Below are positions 48,190 through 56,630 of a DNA stretch of 64,000 bases, piece after piece (the stretch's first letter is position 1; the number at the start of each line of letters is the position of its first letter). Both the position numbers and the translations under genes were made by a program. The notes below the pieces were generated by a model. It was not told where the DNA came from and made no database searches. It saw nothing but the letters and a program-made list of their open reading frames with translations. The DNA lies in assembly GCA_905479395.1 (NCBI GenBank), contig CAJQMI010000033.1, positions 2,318 through 66,317 of the forward strand, written 5' to 3'. This DNA comes from an uncultured Flavobacteriales bacterium (GTDB lineage Bacteria; Bacteroidota; Bacteroidia; Flavobacteriales_D; Sanyastnellaceae).

Positions 48190-49165
48190 CGACCGAGCTG
48201 GAATCACCCAACGCATGGCAGCTTGGCTGAGCAAACACGGCGTAGCTAAAAATCATAAAATCATCATTGGAGTAAGCGGCGGCAACGACTCCATGGTATT
48301 GGCGGAATGCCTTCTTAGGTGCGATCACTCCATTGCAATTGCACATGTCAATTATCAATTGCGCGGTGAGGAATCCGAAGGAGATGCTCAACACGTGCGA
48401 GCCTGGTGCACGTCAAATAGCGTGCACCTTCATGAAATGCGGGCGGAAATGGCAGGTCACTCCGAGGGCATCCAAGCAGAAGCACGACGCATCCGGTACG
48501 GATGGTTTGCAGAGTTACAAACGCAATTGCAAAGCACCCCTGAATCACCTGTTTACGTTGCGACGGCCCACCATGCCGATGATCAAGCAGAAACCGTGTT
48601 GCTTCATTTGTTGAGGTCCTCTGACCCCATGTCCCTTTCTGGCATGCCGCCAGTGTCTCCAACCCAAAAACTGCTCCGGCCTTTTCTCGATGAGTCGCGT
48701 CAAGAATTGGAGCAATGGGCAGCACAATGGAAACTTGCTCCACGTGAAGATTCTAGCAACGGAAAGCCCGATTATCTGCGCAATCGATTGCGGCACGAAG
48801 TATTGCCTCTACTAGAAAGTCTTCGACCCGGAGCAGCTCGTCATCTTGCGAGGACTGCAGAGCGTTTCCAGCCATTGGCAGAATCATCCCGCCAAGCTGT
48901 TGACGATGCATTAAACCGCTGCGGTTTGGAGCAAAATGGTGCCTTTGAGCTCAACTTAAAAGCCTGGTCAGCCGAACCGCTGCGCCTTGAAATTTTGCAC
49001 CGGTTGTCACGACGGTTTAATGTGTCGGCAAAAGCAACTCAGGAAATATCGGTTTTAACCCATGACGGCATAGAATCTGGGGCACGTTTTCAATCGAGCA
49101 CGTGCACCGTGATTCGGGACAAACAACATTTGCGCTGGACCTCTTCTCATTCCCCTTCATCATGA
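48182..49165 (+). CDS. tilS: tRNA(Ile)-lysidine synthetase
   Basis: PP-loop IIGVSGGNDSMVL, HVNYQLRG, ATAHHADDQAETVLLHLLR. Overlaps the pabB end by 8 nt. Confidence 0.9.
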   Translation: MPNDRAGITQRMAAWLSKHGVAKNHKIIIGVSGGNDSMVLAECLLRCDHSIAIAHVNYQLRGEESEGDAQHVRAWCTSNSVHLHEMRAEMAGHSEGIQAEARRIRYGWFAELQTQLQSTPESPVYVATAHHADDQAETVLLHLLRSSDPMSLSGMPPVSPTQKLLRPFLDESRQELEQWAAQWKLAPREDSSNGKPDYLRNRLRHEVLPLLESLRPGAARHLARTAERFQPLAESSRQAVDDALNRCGLEQNGAFELNLKAWSAEPLRLEILHRLSRRFNVSAKATQEISVLTHDGIESGARFQSSTCTVIRDKQHLRWTSSHSPSS

Positions 49166-49875
49166 ACGAATCTGCTTCTGAGCCTGCAACATTTGTGGCC
49201 AAGCGAGAACTCTCCCTCCGAATTTTTCTCATCCTCGCTGCACTCTTCATCGCCAGCTTGGTCGCATGCAATTTGATTTTCAGGAAGTTCTTTCATTGGG
49301 CTCCCATTGAAGGATTGACATTTGAACAAAGCGTTGGCCTGCTGCCGTATCCCATCACTTTCCTCGTCACCGACCTGATATCGGAATGTTTCGGCAAGAA
49401 AAAAGCGAATTGGGTGGTCATCTCGGGATTGTTTGCTAGCGCCTTCACTTTGATCATCATCACCATTAGTCAGGCCATTCCCGCTGCGGATTGGTCGCCT
49501 GTGAGTGATGCCGAATTCAACCACGTATTTGGCTCCACCATAGTTGCTGTGAGCGCCTCCATGACCGCCTATCTACTCGCTCAATTTCTCGATGTTCGCC
49601 TTTTCCATTTTTGGAAAAAACGAACCCAAGGCAAAAAGCTCTGGCTGCGCAATAATCTCAGTACAATTCCGTCGCAATTCATTGACACTTTTGCTGTGCT
49701 GTTTCTGATGTGTGCCGCTGGCCAAATTCAGTGGGAATTATTTAGCACCCTTCTTTTGAATGGGGTCATTTTCAAGTTCATCGTCGCCTTGCTAGACACC
49801 CCATTGGTCTATTTGGGAAGCTGGTTGATTCGAAGACCTTTTGGCCTCAAACTTGGTGAAGAAATCGTTTTGTAA
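49162..49875 (+). CDS. yhhQ: queuosine-precursor transporter (YhhQ/Vut, DUF165 family)
   Basis: Polytopic. LLPYPITFLVTDLISECFGKKKA motif and SQFIDTF. ATGA overlap with tilS. Confidence 0.8.
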   Translation: MNESASEPATFVAKRELSLRIFLILAALFIASLVACNLIFRKFFHWAPIEGLTFEQSVGLLPYPITFLVTDLISECFGKKKANWVVISGLFASAFTLIIITISQAIPAADWSPVSDAEFNHVFGSTIVAVSASMTAYLLAQFLDVRLFHFWKKRTQGKKLWLRNNLSTIPSQFIDTFAVLFLMCAAGQIQWELFSTLLLNGVIFKFIVALLDTPLVYLGSWLIRRPFGLKLGEEIVL

Positions 49876-49966
49876 TCGCATTCAACGGCTCAATCAAGCT
49901 GCGATAACGAACGTTTGCATCATCCGAATCGATTCCCGGTTCGCTGCGTTTTATATTCGCGTTGCA

Positions 49967-52444
49967 ATGAATTCGAACAACCGCATCCAACGTCTTGTGA
50001 CAATTGCCCTTGGGCTTTGCCTAATGGCCGCATCTTCGGCATCACTGAAGGCCCAAATACTCGACCCAGTCACTTGGTCGTTCTCCGTTCATCAGACGGG
50101 TCAATCCAATCAATTGGACCTCGTGTTCCACGCGGAGGTAGAGCCTTGCTGGCACATTTACAGTCAGTTTCTCGATGATCCCAATGGACCACTTCCTACT
50201 TACTTCGAGTTAGAATTTCCAGAGGGAATTGAGGCCATTGGGGCAGTCAAAGAATGCGACCCAATCGTGGAGTACGACCCCAACTTCATGATGGATTTGA
50301 AGTTTTTTGAAGAAGAAGTCAATTGGGTGCAAACCGTGCAGGTGACAGGAGACGTAAAGGAAGCTGTCAAAGGCTACCTGAGCTTCATGGTCTGCGACGA
50401 ATCCCGCTGCCTTCCGCCGGAAGACATCGATTTTGCATTCGACATCAACAAGAGTCCCGCACCGCCTTTGGAAGAGCGGTGCCCTCCATCCAAGCACCTC
50501 TGCCATGGCGAAGAAGGTGGATTGGAAATGGCCACACAAGATGGAATCTTGGAGCCGGTCACTTGGAACACTGGCATTTACCAAACCGAGAGGAATGATG
50601 AGTACGAGCTGATCTTCCAAGCATCAGTGGAATCGTGCTGGCACGTTTACAGTCAATTCATTGAAGGGTTTGATGGCCCAATGGCCACAGCATTCTCAGT
50701 GGAATGGCCTGAAGGATTGGAAGCTTTAGGAGAAGTTGAAGAATGTGAACCAATCGTGAAATTCGATCCTCAGTTCAACATGGACGTGCCTTATTTTGAA
50801 GAGGAAGTCTTCTTTGTGCAACGCTTCCGAACCACTGGCTCGCCGATTTCAACGGTCAGTGGTTTCATTACATACATGGCTTGCAACGAAGAAAAATGTG
50901 TCTTTCCGCCTGATTTGAATTTCAAAGTTAGCCTGCCCGATTGGAACAGTGCAAACGCCGCCAATTCCCGCCCCGAAGTCTGTCCAGATCTCCAGAACAT
51001 TTGTGCAGGCGTCGATGCGTCAGTGCCTTCAGAAAATAGCGAAAAAGAAGAAGAGGGACTTCTCGGTGTTTTTCTTTTGGGCATGTTGCTCGGATTTGCA
51101 GCATTGTTAACGCCGTGCGTGTTTCCGATGATTCCAATGACAGTGAGCTTCTTCACCAAACAATCAAAGACGCGTTCAGAGGGCATTCGCAATGCCTTGA
51201 TTTACGGGTTTTTCATCATCTTCATTTATACAGGACTTGGCTTGCTCTTGACAGCAGTGTTTGGCGTGGACATCCTCAATGTCATTTCAACAGACCCCTT
51301 CTTCAATGTCTTTCTTTTCCTATTGTTGCTCATTTTCGGAGCCAGTTTTTTAGGGGCTTTCGAAATCCAGTTGCCGACTAGCTGGGCAAACAAAACAGAT
51401 GAAGCTGCTGACAAAGGCGGCTTGCTCGGCATCTTTTTCATGGCGGCAACGCTTGCCATTGTGTCGTTCTCTTGCACAGGACCTTTGGTCGGAAGCGCTC
51501 TCGCTGGAGCTGCCACAGGATCATTCGCAGCGCCTACAGCTGTGATGTTTGGATTCTCTTTGGCTCTGGCTCTTCCTTTTATGCTCTTTTCCGCTTTTCC
51601 CGGTTGGCTCAATTCATTGCCTCAATCGGGGGGCTGGTTAAACAGTGTCAAAGTGGTGCTGGGACTCCTAGAGATTGGCTTTGCTTTTAAGTTTTTATCC
51701 AATGCCGATTTGGTTCTACAATTGGGGCTTTTGCAACGGGAATTGTTCATCGCAATCTGGGTCGCCATCGTGCTCTGCATTGCCTTTTACTTGTTTGGAT
51801 GGATCTTGTTTCCGCACGATTCCAAGACCGAACGCATTGGCGTTTTTCGTTTCTCGATGGGCATGATTTTCCTCACTCTGGCGATCTATTTGGTGCCCGG
51901 AATGTGGGGAGCCCCAGTAAAACTCATCAGCGGATTTCCACCTCCAATGTTTTACAGTGAATGGAGCCAAGGCAGTGCCGGTGGAGCAGATGGCCACAGC
52001 TCTGGACACATCGAAGCCCGCTTCACAGATTATGAAGAAGGCATGGCAGCGGCCATTGCTGAAGGCAAACCCTTGGCTTTGGACTTCACTGGATGGGCTT
52101 GTGTCAATTGCCGCAAAATGGAAGAGCAAGTCTGGCCAAATGCAGAAGTTGCCGACATGCTCATGAATGATGTCGTCCTTGTCTCCCTGTATGTTGACGA
52201 GCGCAAGGACCTCCCTGAAACCGAACAGGGTGAGGAGATGTATGGCGGAAAGGCATTCAAAATCAGGACCGTTGGCAACAAGTGGTCCTATTTGCAAGCC
52301 TCACGTTTCAATACAAACTCACAACCGTTTTATGTCTTGCTCAATCATGATGGGCAAGCCATTTCTGAGGGAGTTGGTTACGACCCTGACCCTGAGAAGT
52401 TCGTTGAATTCCTCAAGCAGGGAATCCGGACTTTCCAGGATTAA
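49967..52444 (+). CDS. dsbD: thiol:disulfide interchange protein DsbD-like with two tandem N-terminal DsbD-alpha-like domains
   Basis: Signal peptide. Two repeats, each with a C-x4-C followed by PP (VCDESRCLPP, ACNEEKCVFPP). TM core with LTPCVFPMIP and SFSCTGPL. C-terminal thioredoxin fold with WACVNC. Trimmed to ATG 49967. Confidence 0.85.
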   Translation: MNSNNRIQRLVTIALGLCLMAASSASLKAQILDPVTWSFSVHQTGQSNQLDLVFHAEVEPCWHIYSQFLDDPNGPLPTYFELEFPEGIEAIGAVKECDPIVEYDPNFMMDLKFFEEEVNWVQTVQVTGDVKEAVKGYLSFMVCDESRCLPPEDIDFAFDINKSPAPPLEERCPPSKHLCHGEEGGLEMATQDGILEPVTWNTGIYQTERNDEYELIFQASVESCWHVYSQFIEGFDGPMATAFSVEWPEGLEALGEVEECEPIVKFDPQFNMDVPYFEEEVFFVQRFRTTGSPISTVSGFITYMACNEEKCVFPPDLNFKVSLPDWNSANAANSRPEVCPDLQNICAGVDASVPSENSEKEEEGLLGVFLLGMLLGFAALLTPCVFPMIPMTVSFFTKQSKTRSEGIRNALIYGFFIIFIYTGLGLLLTAVFGVDILNVISTDPFFNVFLFLLLLIFGASFLGAFEIQLPTSWANKTDEAADKGGLLGIFFMAATLAIVSFSCTGPLVGSALAGAATGSFAAPTAVMFGFSLALALPFMLFSAFPGWLNSLPQSGGWLNSVKVVLGLLEIGFAFKFLSNADLVLQLGLLQRELFIAIWVAIVLCIAFYLFGWILFPHDSKTERIGVFRFSMGMIFLTLAIYLVPGMWGAPVKLISGFPPPMFYSEWSQGSAGGADGHSSGHIEARFTDYEEGMAAAIAEGKPLALDFTGWACVNCRKMEEQVWPNAEVADMLMNDVVLVSLYVDERKDLPETEQGEEMYGGKAFKIRTVGNKWSYLQASRFNTNSQPFYVLLNHDGQAISEGVGYDPDPEKFVEFLKQGIRTFQD
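50057..51022 (+). repeat. intragenic tandem duplication (two ~160-aa nDsbD-like modules: 50057-50545 and 50546-51022)
   Basis: ILDPVTWSF...CWHIYSQF...ECDPIVEYDP...FFEEEV...CDESRCLPP...CPPSKHLC aligns with ILEPVTWNT...CWHVYSQF...ECEPIVKFDP...YFEEEV...CNEEKCVFPP...CPDLQNIC. The repeats are diverged at the DNA level. Confidence 0.85.
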
Positions 52445-52514
52445 CCGGCAAAATTAATCAAGGCAATTACAAAGCAGTATCCAATCATTTGACTCCAAGC
52501 CTCAGCTTCGCACC

Positions 52515-53090
52515 ATGAACAACAAGGAACGTATATCCGAGCATTTCGAACAAGCAGCCCAACTTTTGGAGCAGCTTCTCTCCGATGCGGATTTCATGGA
52601 GGCCGTAGAAAATGGGGGCAATGCTCTGGCATCATCAATTGCACGCGGTGGGAAAATCATCTCCTGTGGCAACGGTGGATCCATGAGCGATGCCATGCAC
52701 TTTGCAGAAGAACTCAGTGGACGGTATCGAGAACATCGGCCTGGAATTGCCGCCATCTCGTGCAGTGATCCCTCCCACATCACTTGCGTTGGCAATGACT
52801 ATGGGTTTGATTTTATTTTTTCGCGCTTTGTCGAAGCCGTAGGGCAGAAAGGAGATGCTCTATTGGCCATTTCCACCAGTGGCAACAGTGCCAATGTCAT
52901 CGAAGCTGCTAAAGCTGCTAAAGCCAAAGGCATGGCTGTAATCGGATTGACCGGCAGAGGTGGCGGCAACCTCACAGAATTATGCGACGTTGTCATCGAC
53001 GTCCCCTGGAATGGTTTTGCCGATCGTGTGCAAGAAGTCCACATCAAAGTCATCCATGCATGGATTGATTTGATTGAACGACAGCAGTAA
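52515..53090 (+). CDS. gmhA: D-sedoheptulose 7-phosphate isomerase (SIS domain)
   Basis: GNGGSMSDAMHFAEEL, ISTSGNSANV, QEVHIKVIH. 191 aa. Confidence 0.9.
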   Translation: MNNKERISEHFEQAAQLLEQLLSDADFMEAVENGGNALASSIARGGKIISCGNGGSMSDAMHFAEELSGRYREHRPGIAAISCSDPSHITCVGNDYGFDFIFSRFVEAVGQKGDALLAISTSGNSANVIEAAKAAKAKGMAVIGLTGRGGGNLTELCDVVIDVPWNGFADRVQEVHIKVIHAWIDLIERQQ

Positions 53091-53102
53091 ACAAGTCCTT
53101 TC

Positions 53103-54734
53103 ATGTTGGCATCTACGCATGGAGTCGGAATTTCCGGCTCAAATGCGCGGTTGGTCTCGGTGCAGATTCACCGGACGAAAGGCGCACGCATTCACACTTC
53201 TGGAATTTCATGGACTGCACTCAAGCATTCTCTCGCGAGGATTTATGCCGCTTTTGAAAGCTGCGGATTGCCGAGGCCAACAGGCGCTATAACCTTGCAT
53301 GTTGGTCCCGAAATGCACCATACAAGTACGGCACACCTCGATCTCCCGATCGCGATCTCCCTTTTGTGTAGCATGGGGAAAGTCCCCATCGAGCGTTGCA
53401 ATCAATCGCTATTCATTGGCGAACTCGCTTTGGATGGCACCATTTCTTTGGCCTCACAAACCCCTCCAATCGGAAGGCTAAAATCCATGGCGAGTGGCCC
53501 TGTCAATTCAAGGCTGCTGAATCAACCGCTTCAAGATATACGGAACGTTTACACGCCTCACTTATCCAATCCCGCGTGGGAAGATCATGCACCAGTTGAC
53601 TGTGTCAACCGGAAAAGTACCGATTTAGTCGAATTGCTTGCTAGCCTCAATGGCCATAAACGACTGCCGATATTTCGTGCCACAAACAACTGGAATCAAC
53701 GGATACGTTGGAATCAGTCAAAAGCATCCGAGTTTGAAAGCATTAGGCTCAATGAACAGCACCGCTTGGCCTTGGTCGTTGCGGCTGCAGGCAAACATCA
53801 CACCCTCATCATAGGATCCCCGGGCACCGGAAAGTCGATGATGGCACGATGCATTCACGAACTGATACCAACACTCAAAGAAGAGCAGGCTTCTCAACTT
53901 CGAAACTGGAGTATTTCTCGCGGCGAAGCGATGGCGCTAACCGAAGTCCCTCCCTTCAGAGCGCCACACTCCCAGACATCTGCCGCTGGACTTTTGGGCA
54001 CTTGGAGCAAGCAAGGCTTTGTCGCCGGAGAGTGCAGCTTGGCCAATGGTGGCGTGCTCGCATTGGATGAATTCCCCGAATTCAATCGAAGTTGCATTGA
54101 AAGTTTGCGCACCCCTATGGAACGTCAACTCATCCAAATTGGACGCATGAGCGGGACCGTTGATCTGCCATTTCAATCCTTGGTTGTGGCAACGGCCAAT
54201 CCGTGTCCCTGTGGTTATTTCCAAGACCGACAAAGGAAATGTGCGTGCACGGTGGGTGGCATCAATCGATACCTGCGCCGCATTACAGGACCTATCAGTT
54301 CTCGATTTCAAATCCACCTTGAAACCAATATCCCTGACAACAGCAACCACGAAAAGGCCCCAAACAGAACATCTTGGCTGCATTCACTGGCTTTGGCTCG
54401 GTCCACTGTAATGGCTGTGCGCGAAAAATTAAAAAGTTCCTCTTCAGGAAACTGGCCCTGGAAGGGCGAAAGCACAGCTGCATTGCAAGCCCATGTGCGC
54501 CTGCACCGCTGCTCCGAGCGAAAGATTCAATCGATCAAGAGCGTTGCCCACACCCATGCTCTTATCACAAACATGAACCCATTGAACGCAGCAATAAAAA
54601 CCGAAATTGACCTAGCAGACGTAGCATTCGCGTGTCAATTGCAGATATTTGACCGAACAAACTGGTGGGAAAGTGGTCAGAGCTCCTCGTGGCGCACCTT
54701 CCCCCCTGACGAAACAAACGCGTATTCACAATGA
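53103..54734 (+). CDS. comM: YifB/ComM-family Mg-chelatase-like AAA+ ATPase (divergent)
   Basis: N-terminal Lon-like domain (LDLPIAISLL, GELALDG). Walker A GSPGTGKS and Walker B VLALDEFPEF. ATANPCPCGY zinc-ribbon-like insert. Confidence 0.8.
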   Translation: MLASTHGVGISGSNARLVSVQIHRTKGARIHTSGISWTALKHSLARIYAAFESCGLPRPTGAITLHVGPEMHHTSTAHLDLPIAISLLCSMGKVPIERCNQSLFIGELALDGTISLASQTPPIGRLKSMASGPVNSRLLNQPLQDIRNVYTPHLSNPAWEDHAPVDCVNRKSTDLVELLASLNGHKRLPIFRATNNWNQRIRWNQSKASEFESIRLNEQHRLALVVAAAGKHHTLIIGSPGTGKSMMARCIHELIPTLKEEQASQLRNWSISRGEAMALTEVPPFRAPHSQTSAAGLLGTWSKQGFVAGECSLANGGVLALDEFPEFNRSCIESLRTPMERQLIQIGRMSGTVDLPFQSLVVATANPCPCGYFQDRQRKCACTVGGINRYLRRITGPISSRFQIHLETNIPDNSNHEKAPNRTSWLHSLALARSTVMAVREKLKSSSSGNWPWKGESTAALQAHVRLHRCSERKIQSIKSVAHTHALITNMNPLNAAIKTEIDLADVAFACQLQIFDRTNWWESGQSSSWRTFPPDETNAYSQ

Positions 54735-55261
54735 ACACTCCATCTTCTGGTCTCGTGATCACTTGCCGAGAATTCACCCCTCGAATTCATGATTCCTGTT
54801 GGTTGGCTCCAAATGCAACAATTGTTGGACAGGTAGCCATGGCCGAGGATAGTTCTTGCTGGTTCAATGCAGTCATTCGAGGCGACGTTTCACCCATTTC
54901 CATTGGCAAACGCGTGAACATTCAAGACGGTGCAGTCATTCACGGCACACTCGATAAAAGTCAAACCATCATTGAAGATGACGCGAGCATCGGGCACAAT
55001 GCCATTGTGCATGGAGCGCACATCGGATCACATGCTTTGATCGGAATGGGCGCAGTCGTGATGGATGGTGCCAACATTGGTCAAGGCGCAGTGATCGCTG
55101 CCGGCGCTGTCGTCCTAGAAAATACAGAAGTTCCTCCAGGCACACTTTGGGCCGGCGTTCCCGCTCGCGAACGGGGCATGGTCAGCGCTGAACTCAAACA
55201 AACATTGGCCGACACCTCAATGCGCTATGTCAGCTACACTCAATGGTTCAAGATTCCCTGA
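54731..55261 (+). CDS. gamma-class carbonic anhydrase-like left-handed beta-helix protein
   Basis: Hexapeptide repeats. NIQDGAVIHG and IGHNAIVHGA place the His ligands as in gamma-CA/PaaY-like proteins. ATGA overlap with comM. Confidence 0.85.
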   Translation: MNTPSSGLVITCREFTPRIHDSCWLAPNATIVGQVAMAEDSSCWFNAVIRGDVSPISIGKRVNIQDGAVIHGTLDKSQTIIEDDASIGHNAIVHGAHIGSHALIGMGAVVMDGANIGQGAVIAAGAVVLENTEVPPGTLWAGVPARERGMVSAELKQTLADTSMRYVSYTQWFKIP

Positions 55262-56072
55262 GTTTTCTTTCTTCCAAGGTGACAGGAGCACCGAAAAATC
55301 GTTCAGCACCCAGTTGAAATGATCGGGTCAAATCCGATACAATGAAACGCCGGAGTGGCATGCTTTGATGGGACCCCTCTTCGAAGAGAACGCCAGGGGA
55401 AATCCCCACATCTAAATCACTCAGCGCCTTTGCCACGGCCTCAGCGCTATCAATAATCATCACATCCGAAGGCATTGACCGCAAAATCTGATCTGTGATC
55501 AAAGGGTAATGGGTGCAGCCCAAAACAAGCGCTTTTATTCCAGACAAGAATCCATCGGCTAAATACGCTTCGATGAGCGCAGAAGAAACCTTCCCTTCGT
55601 GAAAGCCCTCCTCAATGGCTGAAGCCAAAAGGGGTGTTGCCTTGGCCTTAACCCCGCAACCCCTTTCCTCGAGCAATCGCTGATACCAACCCGAATCAAT
55701 GGTCGCCCGGGTTCCAATAACACCTATCGATTCGCCCGGAAATTGAATGGCTACGGACTGCACAACGGGATGAATGACATCGATTACGGGGACTGCCTTA
55801 CCGGCGACTTCCCGAACTTCCTCCAGAGCATTGCTCGACGCAGAATTGCAAGCCACAACTATAGCGACACAATCCATATCGACCAACTCACGGGTAATGC
55901 GAGATGCATACCGACGAATCAGTTCCGGACTTTTCTCACCGTAAGGAAGGTGAGCCGTATCTCCGAAGTAGATCAAAGGATGACTCGGAAATCGTTGAGA
56001 AATCGCGCGAGCGACCGTCAATCCGCCAATTCCAGAATCAAAAATACCAATGGGTCGCATGGCCTGTGGCAT
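55248..56072 (-). CDS. murI: glutamate racemase
   Basis: IGIFDSGIGGLTV. Catalytic Cys motifs VVACNSAS and VLGCTHYP. ATG 56060 is an alternative start. Confidence 0.93.
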   Translation of the reverse strand: MPQAMRPIGIFDSGIGGLTVARAISQRFPSHPLIYFGDTAHLPYGEKSPELIRRYASRITRELVDMDCVAIVVACNSASSNALEEVREVAGKAVPVIDVIHPVVQSVAIQFPGESIGVIGTRATIDSGWYQRLLEERGCGVKAKATPLLASAIEEGFHEGKVSSALIEAYLADGFLSGIKALVLGCTHYPLITDQILRSMPSDVMIIDSAEAVAKALSDLDVGISPGVLFEEGSHQSMPLRRFIVSDLTRSFQLGAERFFGAPVTLEERKLRES

Positions 56073-56081
56073 GCGAGGCTA

Positions 56082-56576
56082 TTACATGCTCAATTTCGCA
56101 CGTACCAATCCTCCTACGTCTTCGCCTCCTGTGTAAACAGTGGCACCAGAACTCGTATCAAAGATGTACGTGTATCCATTTTCAGATCCGACTTCATTGA
56201 TGGCTTCTTGCACACGTTCAATCATTGGCATCAACAATTGCTGCTCCAATTGAGCCAATTCATTCTGAACCGTTGCGCCGAATTCCTGCATGCCCTGATC
56301 CAAAGACTGCAACTCCCGCTCCTTTTGTTGGCGAATGGCATCTGGCCATGTTTCACCTTTTGCTTGGTACTCTGCGAATTTGGTTTGCAAATCCTGCTGC
56401 ATGCGAGCAATCTCTGCTTCGTACTCGGCAGCACGAGCCTCAATGGTGGTTTGAGCATCAGTGCGTTCGGGCATACTGAGCAAGATCTCTTGCGAATCAA
56501 TGTGTCCAAATTTTTGCGCTAACCCTGAAAATGAGATGGCGGTCACCATTCCGATGACCATTAATACTTGCTTCAT
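56082..56576 (-). CDS. OmpH/Skp-family periplasmic chaperone
   Basis: Signal peptide MKQVLMVIGMVTAISFSGLAQ, KFGHIDSQEIL, long Gln/Glu-rich coiled coil. 164 aa. Confidence 0.82.
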   Translation of the reverse strand: MKQVLMVIGMVTAISFSGLAQKFGHIDSQEILLSMPERTDAQTTIEARAAEYEAEIARMQQDLQTKFAEYQAKGETWPDAIRQQKERELQSLDQGMQEFGATVQNELAQLEQQLLMPMIERVQEAINEVGSENGYTYIFDTSSGATVYTGGEDVGGLVRAKLSM

Positions 56577-56630
56577 ATTGTCGTTGATTTTGTTCTTTTA
56601 TTGATGTGCCGTAGAATCGGCAAACTGCTA

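Noticed and set aside
51716-52297. 193-aa minus-strand ORF antisense to the dsbD 3' half. The same applies to other 100-170-aa antisense ORFs, e.g. 7549-8055, 8686-9147, 33567-34016, 46538-47047 and 47549-48028.
   Set aside because: All are fully embedded in confidently identified genes on the opposite strand and show no recognisable motifs.
55743-56522. 259-aa plus-strand ORF antisense to murI and ompH.
   Set aside because: It crosses an intergenic gap and two strongly supported genes on the other strand. Its composition (Leu/Arg/Ser/His-rich) is typical of antisense frames.
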